Shown here: positions 29,321-37,438 of the stretch, in pieces
How positions within the stretch are numbered: position 1 is the stretch's first letter
Layout: the number at the start of each line of letters is the position of its first letter
NCBI GenBank assembly: GCA_963713925.1
Contig: OY970212.1
Span: 480,001-544,000, forward strand
Origin: an uncultured bacterium
GTDB taxonomy: Bacteria; Babelota; Babeliae; Babelales; Vermiphilaceae
Length of the DNA: 64,000 nucleotides
Reading direction: 5' to 3'
The notes under the pieces: generated by a model
Seen by the model: only the letters and a program-made list of their open reading frames with translations
Databases searched by the model: none
What the model was told of the DNA's origin: nothing
Made by a program: the position numbers and the translations under genes

Positions 29321-30652
29321 ATGTTTGATTTTATTTCTCAAAAAATGGCGGCCCTTTTTGAAGGGTTCCGCGGCAATTCTATTACGAACGCCCAATTAGA
29401 CACCTTTTTACAGGGGCTGCGGGAAACATTGCTTGAGGCAGATGTCCCCTATCAGCTGGCCGTTGAATTCACTGAGCAGTTGCGCACTGAGCTTTCTGGG
29501 CAAAAAATTACCCAATCATTGAAAGCAAACGAATATTTGGCAAAAGCAGTGTATGACAAGCTCGTCGGCTTTTTATCAGGTGGCAGCAAGTCGGTTGGCT
29601 TTAACCTTCCCATCCCTTCAACCATGATGGTTCTTGGACTGCAAGGTTCGGGTAAAACAACCTCGCTTGGCAAACTTGCCCATTGGATTATGCAAGAGGC
29701 GCAAGCTAAGGGTAAAAAAAGAAGAATATTGCTTGCTTCAGTTGACTACTATCGTCCGGCAGCAATCGACCAACTTGAAATCGTTGCCAAGCAGGCAGGG
29801 GTTGATTTTTATCGAGCCCAAGCAACCGATCCAGTTGTCGCCGCGCGAGAAATATATAAAAAATTCCAAACCGACTCCTATGAATATTTGATGCTCGATA
29901 CCGCCGGCCGCTTGCACGTTGATAATGCGATGTTGCAAGAGCTTCGTGAGATTGAGACGATCATTAAACCAAAATATAAGCTCATTGTTCTGGACTCAAT
30001 GACCGGTCAAGAATCGTTAGCCATTGGTAAGGCCTTTGATCAAGCGATTGGCTTTGACGGGGCCCTGATGAGCAAAATGGATTCTGACACTCGCGGAGGA
30101 GCCGTCTTTTCGTTTCGTTATTCCTTAAAAAAGCCTATTGTTTTTGTGGGAATGGGTGAAAAGGTTGCCGATCTTGATCCGTTTAATGCTGAACGCATGG
30201 CAGGGCGCATGCTGGGCATGGGGGATATTGTTACCCTGGCTGAAAAGGCAAAGCAAAAAATTACCCAGGCAGAACAGGATTCGGCGCTCAAATCGTTGCA
30301 AAGCGGTCAATTTACCCTCAAAGATTTTGCTGACCAGCTTGAAATGATGAACCGACTGGGTTCATTAAGCCAAATAGCAGGTTATTTACCAGCTATGGGG
30401 GGCATGCGATTGAACTCAGATCAGCTTGAAAAAGGTGAGCAAGAACTTAAAAAATGTAAGGTTATCATCAACTCAATGACCCCGAAAGAGCGCATTATGC
30501 CGGCTATTCTTGATGGATCTCGCAAGAAAAGAGTCGCAAACGGTGCTGGGGTGAGTGTAGAAGATGTAAATCTTTTACTTTCTCGGTTTGAAGAAAGTAA
30601 GCAATATGTTAAACTGTTTAAAAAACTCGGAAAATTTAATTTCTTTAAATAA
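29321..30652 (+). CDS. ffh: Signal recognition particle protein Ffh
   Basis: GLQGSGKTT, DTAGR, GMGEK, RMLGMGD, INSMTPKER M domain. Confidence 0.97.
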   Translation: MFDFISQKMAALFEGFRGNSITNAQLDTFLQGLRETLLEADVPYQLAVEFTEQLRTELSGQKITQSLKANEYLAKAVYDKLVGFLSGGSKSVGFNLPIPSTMMVLGLQGSGKTTSLGKLAHWIMQEAQAKGKKRRILLASVDYYRPAAIDQLEIVAKQAGVDFYRAQATDPVVAAREIYKKFQTDSYEYLMLDTAGRLHVDNAMLQELREIETIIKPKYKLIVLDSMTGQESLAIGKAFDQAIGFDGALMSKMDSDTRGGAVFSFRYSLKKPIVFVGMGEKVADLDPFNAERMAGRMLGMGDIVTLAEKAKQKITQAEQDSALKSLQSGQFTLKDFADQLEMMNRLGSLSQIAGYLPAMGGMRLNSDQLEKGEQELKKCKVIINSMTPKERIMPAILDGSRKKRVANGAGVSVEDVNLLLSRFEESKQYVKLFKKLGKFNFFK

Positions 30653-30664
30653 TATACCACTATA

Positions 30665-30687
30665 GGGTCCCATACTTTTGTATGGGT
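30665..30687 (+). repeat. Family A hairpin in rpsP leader
   Basis: gggt-cccatac-tttt-gtatggg-t. Confidence 0.75.
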
Positions 30688-30705
30688 AGATTATAAGGAT
30701 GTTAC

Positions 30706-30951
30706 ATGGCGGTTAAGATTCGCTTGGCCCGTATCGGCAAAAAAAATGCTCCTTTCTATCGTATCGTTGCTATCGACAGCAGAAAAGCACGTAACGGCGC
30801 ATTTTTAGAAAATCTCGGCACTTATGACCCAATCAAGGAAACCTTGGTACAATATCATGCTGATAGAGTGCAAGATTGGATTTCCAAAGGCGCTATTGCT
30901 TCTGATGCAGTTAAAAAATTGCAAAAGATGCATAAATCAGTAGCAGCGTAA
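30706..30951 (+). CDS. rpsP: 30S ribosomal protein S16
   Basis: MAVKIRLARIGKKNAPFYRIVAIDSRKARNG. Confidence 0.98.
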   Translation: MAVKIRLARIGKKNAPFYRIVAIDSRKARNGAFLENLGTYDPIKETLVQYHADRVQDWISKGAIASDAVKKLQKMHKSVAA

Positions 30952-31041
30952 TACGGGGTCCCCACGGTTGTGGGGGTATAAATACGGGGTCCCCGCAGTG
31001 TATGTGGGGTTTAATAAGGGTCCCCGCATGACGTGCGGGGT
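30950..31041 (+). repeat. Tandem array of three family A hairpins (31-32 bp period)
   Basis: aatacggggtcccc-acggttgt-ggggt; aatacggggtcccc-gcagtgtatgt-ggggt; aataagggtcccc-gcatgacgtgc-ggggt. Confidence 0.88.
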
Positions 31042-31050
31042 GTAATAAAT

Positions 31051-31281
31051 ATGCTAAAAGATGTTCTAGAATTCATGGTTAAATCACTGGTCAACGAGCC
31101 TGAAAAAGTGACGATTGATCAAGTTGATACTGATGAAAAAATAAACATTTCCGTTGCCGTCGATCAACAAGATATTGGCAAGGTAATTGGTAAGGAAGGC
31201 AGAACTATCAAGGCGCTTCGTGTGTATGTCGCTTCTCTTGGTTCTCCCGAACGACCGGTCTATATTGAGTTAAAAAAATAG
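31051..31281 (+). CDS. khpA: KH-domain RNA-binding protein KhpA
   Basis: DIGKVIGKEGRTIKALR; typical position after rpsP. Confidence 0.93.
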   Translation: MLKDVLEFMVKSLVNEPEKVTIDQVDTDEKINISVAVDQQDIGKVIGKEGRTIKALRVYVASLGSPERPVYIELKK

Positions 31282-31298
31282 TTTTCATACTTTGTTAT

Positions 31299-31388
31299 GG
31301 GCCCCAAATGGCCTGTCGCGCCATAGCTTTAGCGAAGGCGGAAGCGTACTGCTTCGTTGAAGCTTCGTAGTATAGGCGTAATTTGGGT
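31299..31388 (+). repeat. Family A hairpin enclosing an inverted pair of family B units
   Basis: gggc-cccaaat...atttggg-t enclosing gcctgtcgcgccatagctttagcgaaggcgg (31311-31341) and a degenerate reverse copy (31347-31377). Confidence 0.75.
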
Positions 31389-31394
31389 AAATTA

Positions 31395-32702
31395 ATGAAG
31401 GTTTCGATTCTTTCAGTTTTTCCTGATCTATTTTCTTCATTTTTGCAGACAAGCCTCATAAAAAGAGCTCAAGACTCTGGCAAGGTAGATATACTGACCC
31501 AGAGTTATTTTGCGTATGTTGAGCCCAAAGAACGGATCGATGCCCCAACCTTTGGTCACGGGGCAGGCATGCTCATTCGGCCTGACGTTGTGCAATCTGC
31601 GCTTGAGGATATTCAGTCCAAAAGAGGCAATGGTCTGCGCATATTTTTTTCTCCGGCAGGGCGTGTTCTTGATCAATCATACTTGCAAGAGCTGGCACAA
31701 AAGGTGCAGGCGTCGAGCCACCTCATTCTGGTCTCAGCTCGCTATGAAGGTATGGATGCGCGCGTTGAGCAAGAATATGCCGATGAGATTGTTTCCATTG
31801 GAGACTATGTTTTAATGGGAGGCGATCTTCCGGCAATGGTATTGCTTGAGGGTCTGCTGCGGCATGTTCCGGGAATTGTTGGCAAAACTGAGTCGGTAGA
31901 ACACGATTCATTCACTGGGCCTTATGTTGATCACCCTGAATATACAGCTCCGGTGGTTTGGAAAGAGAAAGAAGTGCCTGAGGTGCTGAGATCAGGCAAT
32001 CATGCCTTGATTGATGAGTTCCGACGTTCTCAAGCGGTCAAAAGAACGGTATTGAACCATTTTGATTGGCTACGAACTTGGTCATTACCTGCGCCTGAGA
32101 AACAGGCGGTGCTTGAGATGATACCGCATCATTACGTTGCTCTGTGCCATAGCGAAGTTCTCATTGGTCCCGAGAAACAGCCGGGAACAACGTCAGTCAC
32201 TTCAATTGATATTCATGATATCGCACGTTCATGCAAGACGTATGGAATCCAACATTACTCAATAGTCACGCCTCTGGAAGATCAGAAAGCGATTGTGTCT
32301 ACATTGCTTGATTTTTGGCAAAAAGGTTCAGGCCCGGAATATAATCCAAGCAGGCATAATGCGCTGAAGACCGTTTCATTGGCAGATTCAGTTGATCAGG
32401 TGATGGCAGAGATTGAAAAAAAAGAGGGTAAAAAACCACTTTTAGTTGCGACTTCAGCCCGTGCTATTGAAGGTGTAGAAAAAATAAGCTTTTTTGATCA
32501 AAAAAAGGTGTGGTCTTTGGAGCGGCCGGTATTATTGGTATTCGGCACCGGAAAAGGGTTCACCCAAGAATTTTTAAAAAAGTGCGATTTTTTATTACTT
32601 CCCGTATCAGGCTACACTGATTTCAACCATCTTTCGGTCAGGTCAGCGGTGGCTATTATTTTGGATCGTTGGTTGGGAATTAATATGAAAATACGCAAAT
32701 AA
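31395..32702 (+). CDS. trmD: tRNA (guanine37-N1)-methyltransferase TrmD fused to a C-terminal SPOUT methyltransferase domain (DUF2168-like)
   Basis: RYEGMDARV, SIGDYVLMGGD, HPEYT, VPEVLRSGNH; then YVALCH, TTSVTSIDIHDIARS, LVFGTGKG, FNHLSVRSAVAIILDR. Confidence 0.93.
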   Translation: MKVSILSVFPDLFSSFLQTSLIKRAQDSGKVDILTQSYFAYVEPKERIDAPTFGHGAGMLIRPDVVQSALEDIQSKRGNGLRIFFSPAGRVLDQSYLQELAQKVQASSHLILVSARYEGMDARVEQEYADEIVSIGDYVLMGGDLPAMVLLEGLLRHVPGIVGKTESVEHDSFTGPYVDHPEYTAPVVWKEKEVPEVLRSGNHALIDEFRRSQAVKRTVLNHFDWLRTWSLPAPEKQAVLEMIPHHYVALCHSEVLIGPEKQPGTTSVTSIDIHDIARSCKTYGIQHYSIVTPLEDQKAIVSTLLDFWQKGSGPEYNPSRHNALKTVSLADSVDQVMAEIEKKEGKKPLLVATSARAIEGVEKISFFDQKKVWSLERPVLLVFGTGKGFTQEFLKKCDFLLLPVSGYTDFNHLSVRSAVAIILDRWLGINMKIRK

Positions 32703-32724
32703 TGGAGTTTGGGGTTAGAATAGT

Positions 32725-32753
32725 TTGGCATAATATCTATTTTGGGTTATAGT
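32725..32753 (+). promoter_or_regulatory. Sigma70-type promoter for rplS
   Basis: TTGGCA-N17-TATAGT. Confidence 0.55.
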
Positions 32754-32817
32754 AAAGAAGTTATGGCTCAATTTGAGCACAAAATTTAAATATATAGGTT
32801 TGATTTCTCCGAATTAT

Positions 32818-32875
32818 CGGGTTCCCAAAACGGGTTCCCAAATAAGAATTTCGGGGCCCCCAAGGGACTTGGGGT
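32818..32875 (+). repeat. Family A copy (32853-32875) preceded by two truncated direct repeats in rplS leader
   Basis: cgggttcccaaa x2 (32818, 32831); ggggc-ccccaag-gga-cttgggg-t. Confidence 0.75.
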
Positions 32876-32893
32876 TATTCAAAGGTTCTGCAC

Positions 32894-33283
32894 ATGAAAG
32901 CAACAACATTTACTCGCGAAACAATACGCGATCTTGGAATTTCCGAACGTAATTTCCCTGATTTTAAAGTTGGTGATACTATCGCGGTTCACCAAAAAAT
33001 AAAAGAAGGTGATAAGGAACGTGTTCAAATTTTTGAAGGCGATGTGATCGCACGTACCAACAATGGCATTGCATCAACATTTGTCGTAAGAAAAATCGGT
33101 GCAAATGCGGTAGCGGTTGAGAAAATTTTCCCTTACTATTCTCCGCTCATTCAGTCCATTACCTTTGTGCGCCAAGGTCAAACAAGAAGAGCAAAACTCT
33201 ATTACTTGCGTGATCGCGTTGGTAAAGCTGCACGTGTTCGTGAGAAAGTTGTTACCAAATCTCAACAAGAATCTGCAAAATAG
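32894..33283 (+). CDS. rplS: 50S ribosomal protein L19
   Basis: [37 protein letters not shown]. Confidence 0.98.
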   Translation: MKATTFTRETIRDLGISERNFPDFKVGDTIAVHQKIKEGDKERVQIFEGDVIARTNNGIASTFVVRKIGANAVAVEKIFPYYSPLIQSITFVRQGQTRRAKLYYLRDRVGKAARVREKVVTKSQQESAK

Positions 33284-33302
33284 TTGCATGACCTTGCTGC
33301 GA

Positions 33303-33764
33303 ATGCAAAATTTTTACTACAAACTTCCATGGCTCCTCCGTCATGGAAGTTTCTTTTTTATTGTAATTTGCATGATGTCGGGTTGTCGAAAAGAGAGGGC
33401 AAAGCCCGTTGTTGTCCGGCGACAAGATCAATCAATGGTCGTCTCTTCCATTGAAGCTCGATGTCTTGATCTCTATATACCGTTTGGCGTTATTTCCCGA
33501 GAATTATTATTCGAAGCTTCCGATTCATCGATCGTGCAGTTGCGTTATGAGGTTGCAACGCCGACTCAAGAATTGCGTCATGCGTATCAAACCGGCATGG
33601 ACGCTCACGGTTGGGTGCTCAAGACAGATATCGATGGTGACCCTAAAATCTTACTTTTCAAAAAGCCTCAGGCGAGTTGCGTTGTATATCTGCGATCATT
33701 GAGTGAAAATCGAGCAATGATTGAGGTTTCAATTCAATGGAGCGGCAATAAAATTCTATTGTGA
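33303..33764 (+). CDS. Putative lipoprotein (start uncertain)
   Basis: Hydrophobic FFFIVICMMSGC with lipobox-like MSGC; fills the gap up to the convergent gene. Confidence 0.55.
   Translation: MQNFYYKLPWLLRHGSFFFIVICMMSGCRKERAKPVVVRRQDQSMVVSSIEARCLDLYIPFGVISRELLFEASDSSIVQLRYEVATPTQELRHAYQTGMDAHGWVLKTDIDGDPKILLFKKPQASCVVYLRSLSENRAMIEVSIQWSGNKILL
33321..33359 (+). terminator. Intrinsic terminator after rplS
   Basis: aaacttccatg-N10-catggaagttt followed by ctttttt. Confidence 0.7.
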
Positions 33765-34187
33765 TGCCTGCAATCTTTTATCAAAATCAGCATTTATAAA
33801 TACCATTACTTCATTTGTTAATTTTTGAGCAAATTCTCTATATAATCGTTTCATTTTTTCTGATTCGATATTTATTACTTTTGATGCTAAACCCATCTTT
33901 GATTCATTGGGTTTTTGCGCGAACTTCTCTAAAAGAGCATCGTATATATTCTCTTTTACATACGCTAAAACTGTTTCTTTGTTGGATTGCGTTACGGAAG
34001 CAACAGCCTCTTTGTAAAAAAGTGTTCTTCGAATTCCTTCAAAAAATGCGCCTGCTCCTTTTAGGTGGGGCGGCAATTCCGTGATTGCGCCACTTCGTAA
34101 CGATAGTTCGCTAGCGAATGAAAAAGCTGGTGATGCGGTTATGAATGCAGCGAGTGCTGCAAAGGTAATTTGTTTGATTGTTTTCAT
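33756..34187 (-). CDS. Hypothetical secreted protein
   Basis: GGAGG RBS; MKTIKQITFAALAAFITASPAFS leader. Confidence 0.75.
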   Translation of the reverse strand: MKTIKQITFAALAAFITASPAFSFASELSLRSGAITELPPHLKGAGAFFEGIRRTLFYKEAVASVTQSNKETVLAYVKENIYDALLEKFAQKPNESKMGLASKVINIESEKMKRLYREFAQKLTNEVMVFINADFDKRLQASQ

Positions 34188-34204
34188 TATAACCTCCAAA
34201 GCTT

Positions 34205-34822
34205 TTACTTTTGTTCTTTATATTCTTTTACCGAGTCATTGATGGCCTGAATAACGTACTGATTGTTTTTTTTGAAAACTTCAAATTCGTCGAGTTCCAG
34301 GTTGTGGGTAAAATATAGATAAATCGCTCCGGAAATTATTTTGTTCCGGTATGTATCCCATTGCTTTTGTAGGATTTCTCTTCCCATATCGGTCAAGTTT
34401 TTTTCGTCGCGGTAGTAGGTAAAACCGTCATAGCAAAGTCGTATTAGGTCTTTTTTTGCAATTTCTTCTTTTAAAGTTTTATTTTCAATGGCTTTTTTCA
34501 AAACTTCTTTCATAAATTGGGGAGTATATTTGTGTTCTTTATGAAGTTTTTCGTTAAGATAGTCAGCGATGTTATATCGTAGTAGATTTGTCTCTTCGTT
34601 TATGCGCGAATTTTTAAAATCAAAAAACTTTTTCGTGCAATAAATGCTTGCCGCTCCAATAGCGCACATAAAGGCACTTGCTTTAGGATTTTGTTGGACG
34701 TAACTCCAAAGCCCATTCCATAATCGTTGCCACCAAAATTGTCCTTGCTCGGCAGCAAAAGCCGGTGATACTGTCATGAGCGCAGCGAGTAATGCAAAAG
34801 TGAATTGTTTGATTGTCTTCAT
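34205..34822 (-). CDS. Hypothetical secreted/membrane protein
   Basis: GGAGG RBS; MKTIKQFTFALLAALMTVSPAFA leader nearly identical to its neighbour. Confidence 0.75.
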   Translation of the reverse strand: MKTIKQFTFALLAALMTVSPAFAAEQGQFWWQRLWNGLWSYVQQNPKASAFMCAIGAASIYCTKKFFDFKNSRINEETNLLRYNIADYLNEKLHKEHKYTPQFMKEVLKKAIENKTLKEEIAKKDLIRLCYDGFTYYRDEKNLTDMGREILQKQWDTYRNKIISGAIYLYFTHNLELDEFEVFKKNNQYVIQAINDSVKEYKEQK

Positions 34823-34868
34823 TGTAACCTCCAAAAATAATCTAATAAGCTATTGCTAGTCAAAAGAA

Positions 34869-35165
34869 TTAGTATTCATAATCTTGATAATAATAATCAC
34901 CAGGATAATCATCGTACTCATCATCGTAATAGTCATCATAATAACGACGACGAGCTCGATTTTCGGCAGCTGCACCGCTTAAAAGGCCAACACTGGCACC
35001 AACACCCGCACCGATTCCGGCACCACGACCACCACCGGCAAGACCACCGATAAATGCCCCGCCGAGAGCTCCACCAAACATTCCCTCAAGAGGGCGATTT
35101 CTCTGCGCATGTGCGACGAAAACAGTGCTGAGCATTGCGATGAAAGTAAAGATATATTTCTTCAT
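34869..35165 (-). CDS. Glycine-zipper secreted protein with Tyr/Asp-rich tail
   Basis: Signal peptide ...VAHA; GGALGGAFIGGLAGGGRGAGIGAGVG. Confidence 0.8.
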   Translation of the reverse strand: MKKYIFTFIAMLSTVFVAHAQRNRPLEGMFGGALGGAFIGGLAGGGRGAGIGAGVGASVGLLSGAAAENRARRRYYDDYYDDEYDDYPGDYYYQDYEY

Positions 35166-35298
35166 AATTTCCCCTGTAAATTTCGATATTTCTCTGCCTT
35201 TAGAGTATCAAAAATTACAGCTAGAAATCAATAAAATGAATGAAGAATATGGTGAAGGCTAGCTTATTTACAGCGGAGAGATGTTTTGCGCACTATCC

Positions 35299-36729
35299 CT
35301 ACTTCAGTTGTTCAGGAAGCTTATCAAGTCTTCCAGCCCCTTGGAGAAGGATGAGATTTCCAGGTTCAAGGTCTGCCTTGAGTGCATGCAGTATGTGCTC
35401 ATAGTTGTTTTCTGCCGAAATAAATTCTATTGGGTAGCCCAAGGCCTGTTTTTGTAAGGCTTGAGCAAAGCTTTGCCCCGATATACCGGCAATGGGGCTT
35501 TCGCTTGCGGCATAAATATCGGTGATAATGAGCTTATCAAGCGGAGCTTGCTTAAAAACTGAAATGAAATCATCCCATAAATGCGCGGTGCGAGAGTAGC
35601 GATGCGGTTGAAAAACGACAACTAATTTTTTCTGAGCACATTTTTTTGCGATCGTGAAAGTGTGTTCAATTTCTTTTGGATGATGGCCATAATCGTCATA
35701 CACATCTGTTCCATTGATGCAGAGCTTGTGAGTAAAGCGACGCTCTACTCCCAGAAATGTTTTGATTCCTGTTTTGATATCATCAATGCTGGCGCCGACT
35801 TCAAGTGCGGTAGCAATGGCAGCTAGGCAGTTGCTCACATTATGTATGCCTGCCATTGGTAGTTCAATGCGTCCATAATTTATTTGGGGCCCCCATGAAT
35901 TATTCATGGGGTATCTTATTCCTTGAGAAACATCATCAACCATAAGGGTAAATGTGCTCGTATGAGTTCCCAATTCAAGAGCATGAGCCCTGATATTGGC
36001 GGTGTTGTTGATGCCGAATGTAATGTATCGTGCGGTGATACGAGACATAAGCGCGCGTGTATGTGGATCATCGGCGTTAATAATAGCCGCTCCATAAAAA
36101 GGTATTTGATTGATATAGCGCAAGAAACTTTCAGTGATATCGGTCATATCCGTATATGTTTCAAGATGCTCAAGGTCGATATTGGTAACCACTCCAATTG
36201 CAGGGTGTAGCTGCAAAAATGAGCGGTCTGATTCATCAGCCTCGGCAACAAGAAACTTTCCCGATCCGGCATGGGCATTTGAATGAATGTTATGCATAAT
36301 GCCTCCGACGACAACTGTTGGATCAAAATGAGCTGACAAAAGAATATGAGAAATGAGCGAGCTTGTGGTTGTTTTTCCATGCGATCCGGTGACTCCGATT
36401 CCATACTGCAGCCGCATAAGTTCGCGCAAAACTTCCGATCGATGAATGACCGGAATATCTCGTTTGCGCGCGACGATCACTTCCGGGCTTTCATGAGAAA
36501 TTGCGGTTGAATACACGAGAACATCATAAGGCGTTGATAAACAGAATGTGCTATTATTTTTATTCAAGACAGCGCATCCTGCCGAGTGCAGCTGCTCGAT
36601 CTGTGTTGATTCAAGATCTTGATCGCACCCGGACACTCGGTAGCCACGTCGGTGTAAAATATGCGCAAGCGCACTCATTCCTATGCCGCCAACTCCGACA
36701 AAATGAAAATGAAGCGAGGGTTTGTACAT
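35299..36729 (-). CDS. murC: UDP-N-acetylmuramate--L-alanine ligase
   Basis: HFVGVGGIGMSALA, GSHGKTTT, EADESD, TNIDLEH, GVERRF, DDYGHHP, FQPHRYSRT. Confidence 0.97.
   Translation of the reverse strand: MYKPSLHFHFVGVGGIGMSALAHILHRRGYRVSGCDQDLESTQIEQLHSAGCAVLNKNNSTFCLSTPYDVLVYSTAISHESPEVIVARKRDIPVIHRSEVLRELMRLQYGIGVTGSHGKTTTSSLISHILLSAHFDPTVVVGGIMHNIHSNAHAGSGKFLVAEADESDRSFLQLHPAIGVVTNIDLEHLETYTDMTDITESFLRYINQIPFYGAAIINADDPHTRALMSRITARYITFGINNTANIRAHALELGTHTSTFTLMVDDVSQGIRYPMNNSWGPQINYGRIELPMAGIHNVSNCLAAIATALEVGASIDDIKTGIKTFLGVERRFTHKLCINGTDVYDDYGHHPKEIEHTFTIAKKCAQKKLVVVFQPHRYSRTAHLWDDFISVFKQAPLDKLIITDIYAASESPIAGISGQSFAQALQKQALGYPIEFISAENNYEHILHALKADLEPGNLILLQGAGRLDKLPEQLK
35886..35912 (+). repeat. 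Family A hairpin inside the murC coding sequence
   Basis: ggggc-ccccatgaat-t-attcatgggg-t; encodes part of the atypical segment GIRYPMNNSWGPQIN. Confidence 0.8.
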
Positions 36730-36803
36730 AGAAGCTCCTGCTGAATGGTACTTTTTATCCCTCAATTGTACTTCACGAGCGGGCGATGCTCAAGTGTGCA
36801 GAA

Positions 36804-37226
36804 TTATTGCAATTGCTCTTTGAGGCGATACAACTTTTCCCGTATGGCCAATAGCTGATCTTGAGTTTGATCGCTTTCTTGATTGAGGGCCCCGCGTCTT
36901 GGCGTGAGGTTTGTATGAGGGTTCTCACACATTATTGAGGAATCTTGTATTTCTTCAAGAGTTGTTTTTCGAGCCGCATGAGAAAATTGAGGTTCTTGCT
37001 TTTCTAATTCTTTTTTTGCTCCGGCGATAGTAAAGCCGTCTTGATACAAGAGTTGTTTGATGCGTTGAAATTGTTCGAGATCTTCTTGGCTATAACAGCG
37101 CTGTCCACCCTCAGAGCGGGTCGTTTTAACCTTGAATTCTTTTTCCCAAAATCGGATAACAAATTTTTCCACCAATAATTTTTCAGCCAAATCACCGATT
37201 CGAAACATTCTTTTTTGCATTTTCAT
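36804..37226 (-). CDS. MerR-family HTH transcriptional regulator
   Basis: FRIGDLAEKL..KFVIRFWEKEF...RSEGGQRCYS...IKQLLYQDGFTIAGAK. Confidence 0.9.
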   Translation of the reverse strand: MKMQKRMFRIGDLAEKLLVEKFVIRFWEKEFKVKTTRSEGGQRCYSQEDLEQFQRIKQLLYQDGFTIAGAKKELEKQEPQFSHAARKTTLEEIQDSSIMCENPHTNLTPRRGALNQESDQTQDQLLAIREKLYRLKEQLQ

Positions 37227-37438
37227 AGAATCTCCTTATAGATACCAAACCTTCATTTGAGGCTTCGAGTAAAATTGATTGTTTTTTTCTATTCTATAAA
37301 AGAGTCGTTTTATGCTGTAAAGAATTCGCGTGTTTTGCATTTTAAAGACGACTTTTCCGGTGGTAAAAATATGTGGGTATGTTAAACTTTGTCTGATCTA
37401 TTCTCGGATTCTATTATTCAACATTAAAGGTAAGCTTT

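Noticed and set aside
30950..31041. CRISPR array
   Set aside because: Constant parts are only about 14 + 5 nt, variable parts are 8-11 nt and self-complementary, and there are no cas genes in the window; treated as a palindromic repeat array
37296..37356. Imperfect inverted repeat (aaagagtcgtttta / taaagacgactttt) in the merR-yidC divergent region as a MerR operator
   Set aside because: Arms are about 30 nt apart and imperfect, unlike the compact dyad within a 19-bp-spacer MerR promoter; unsupported
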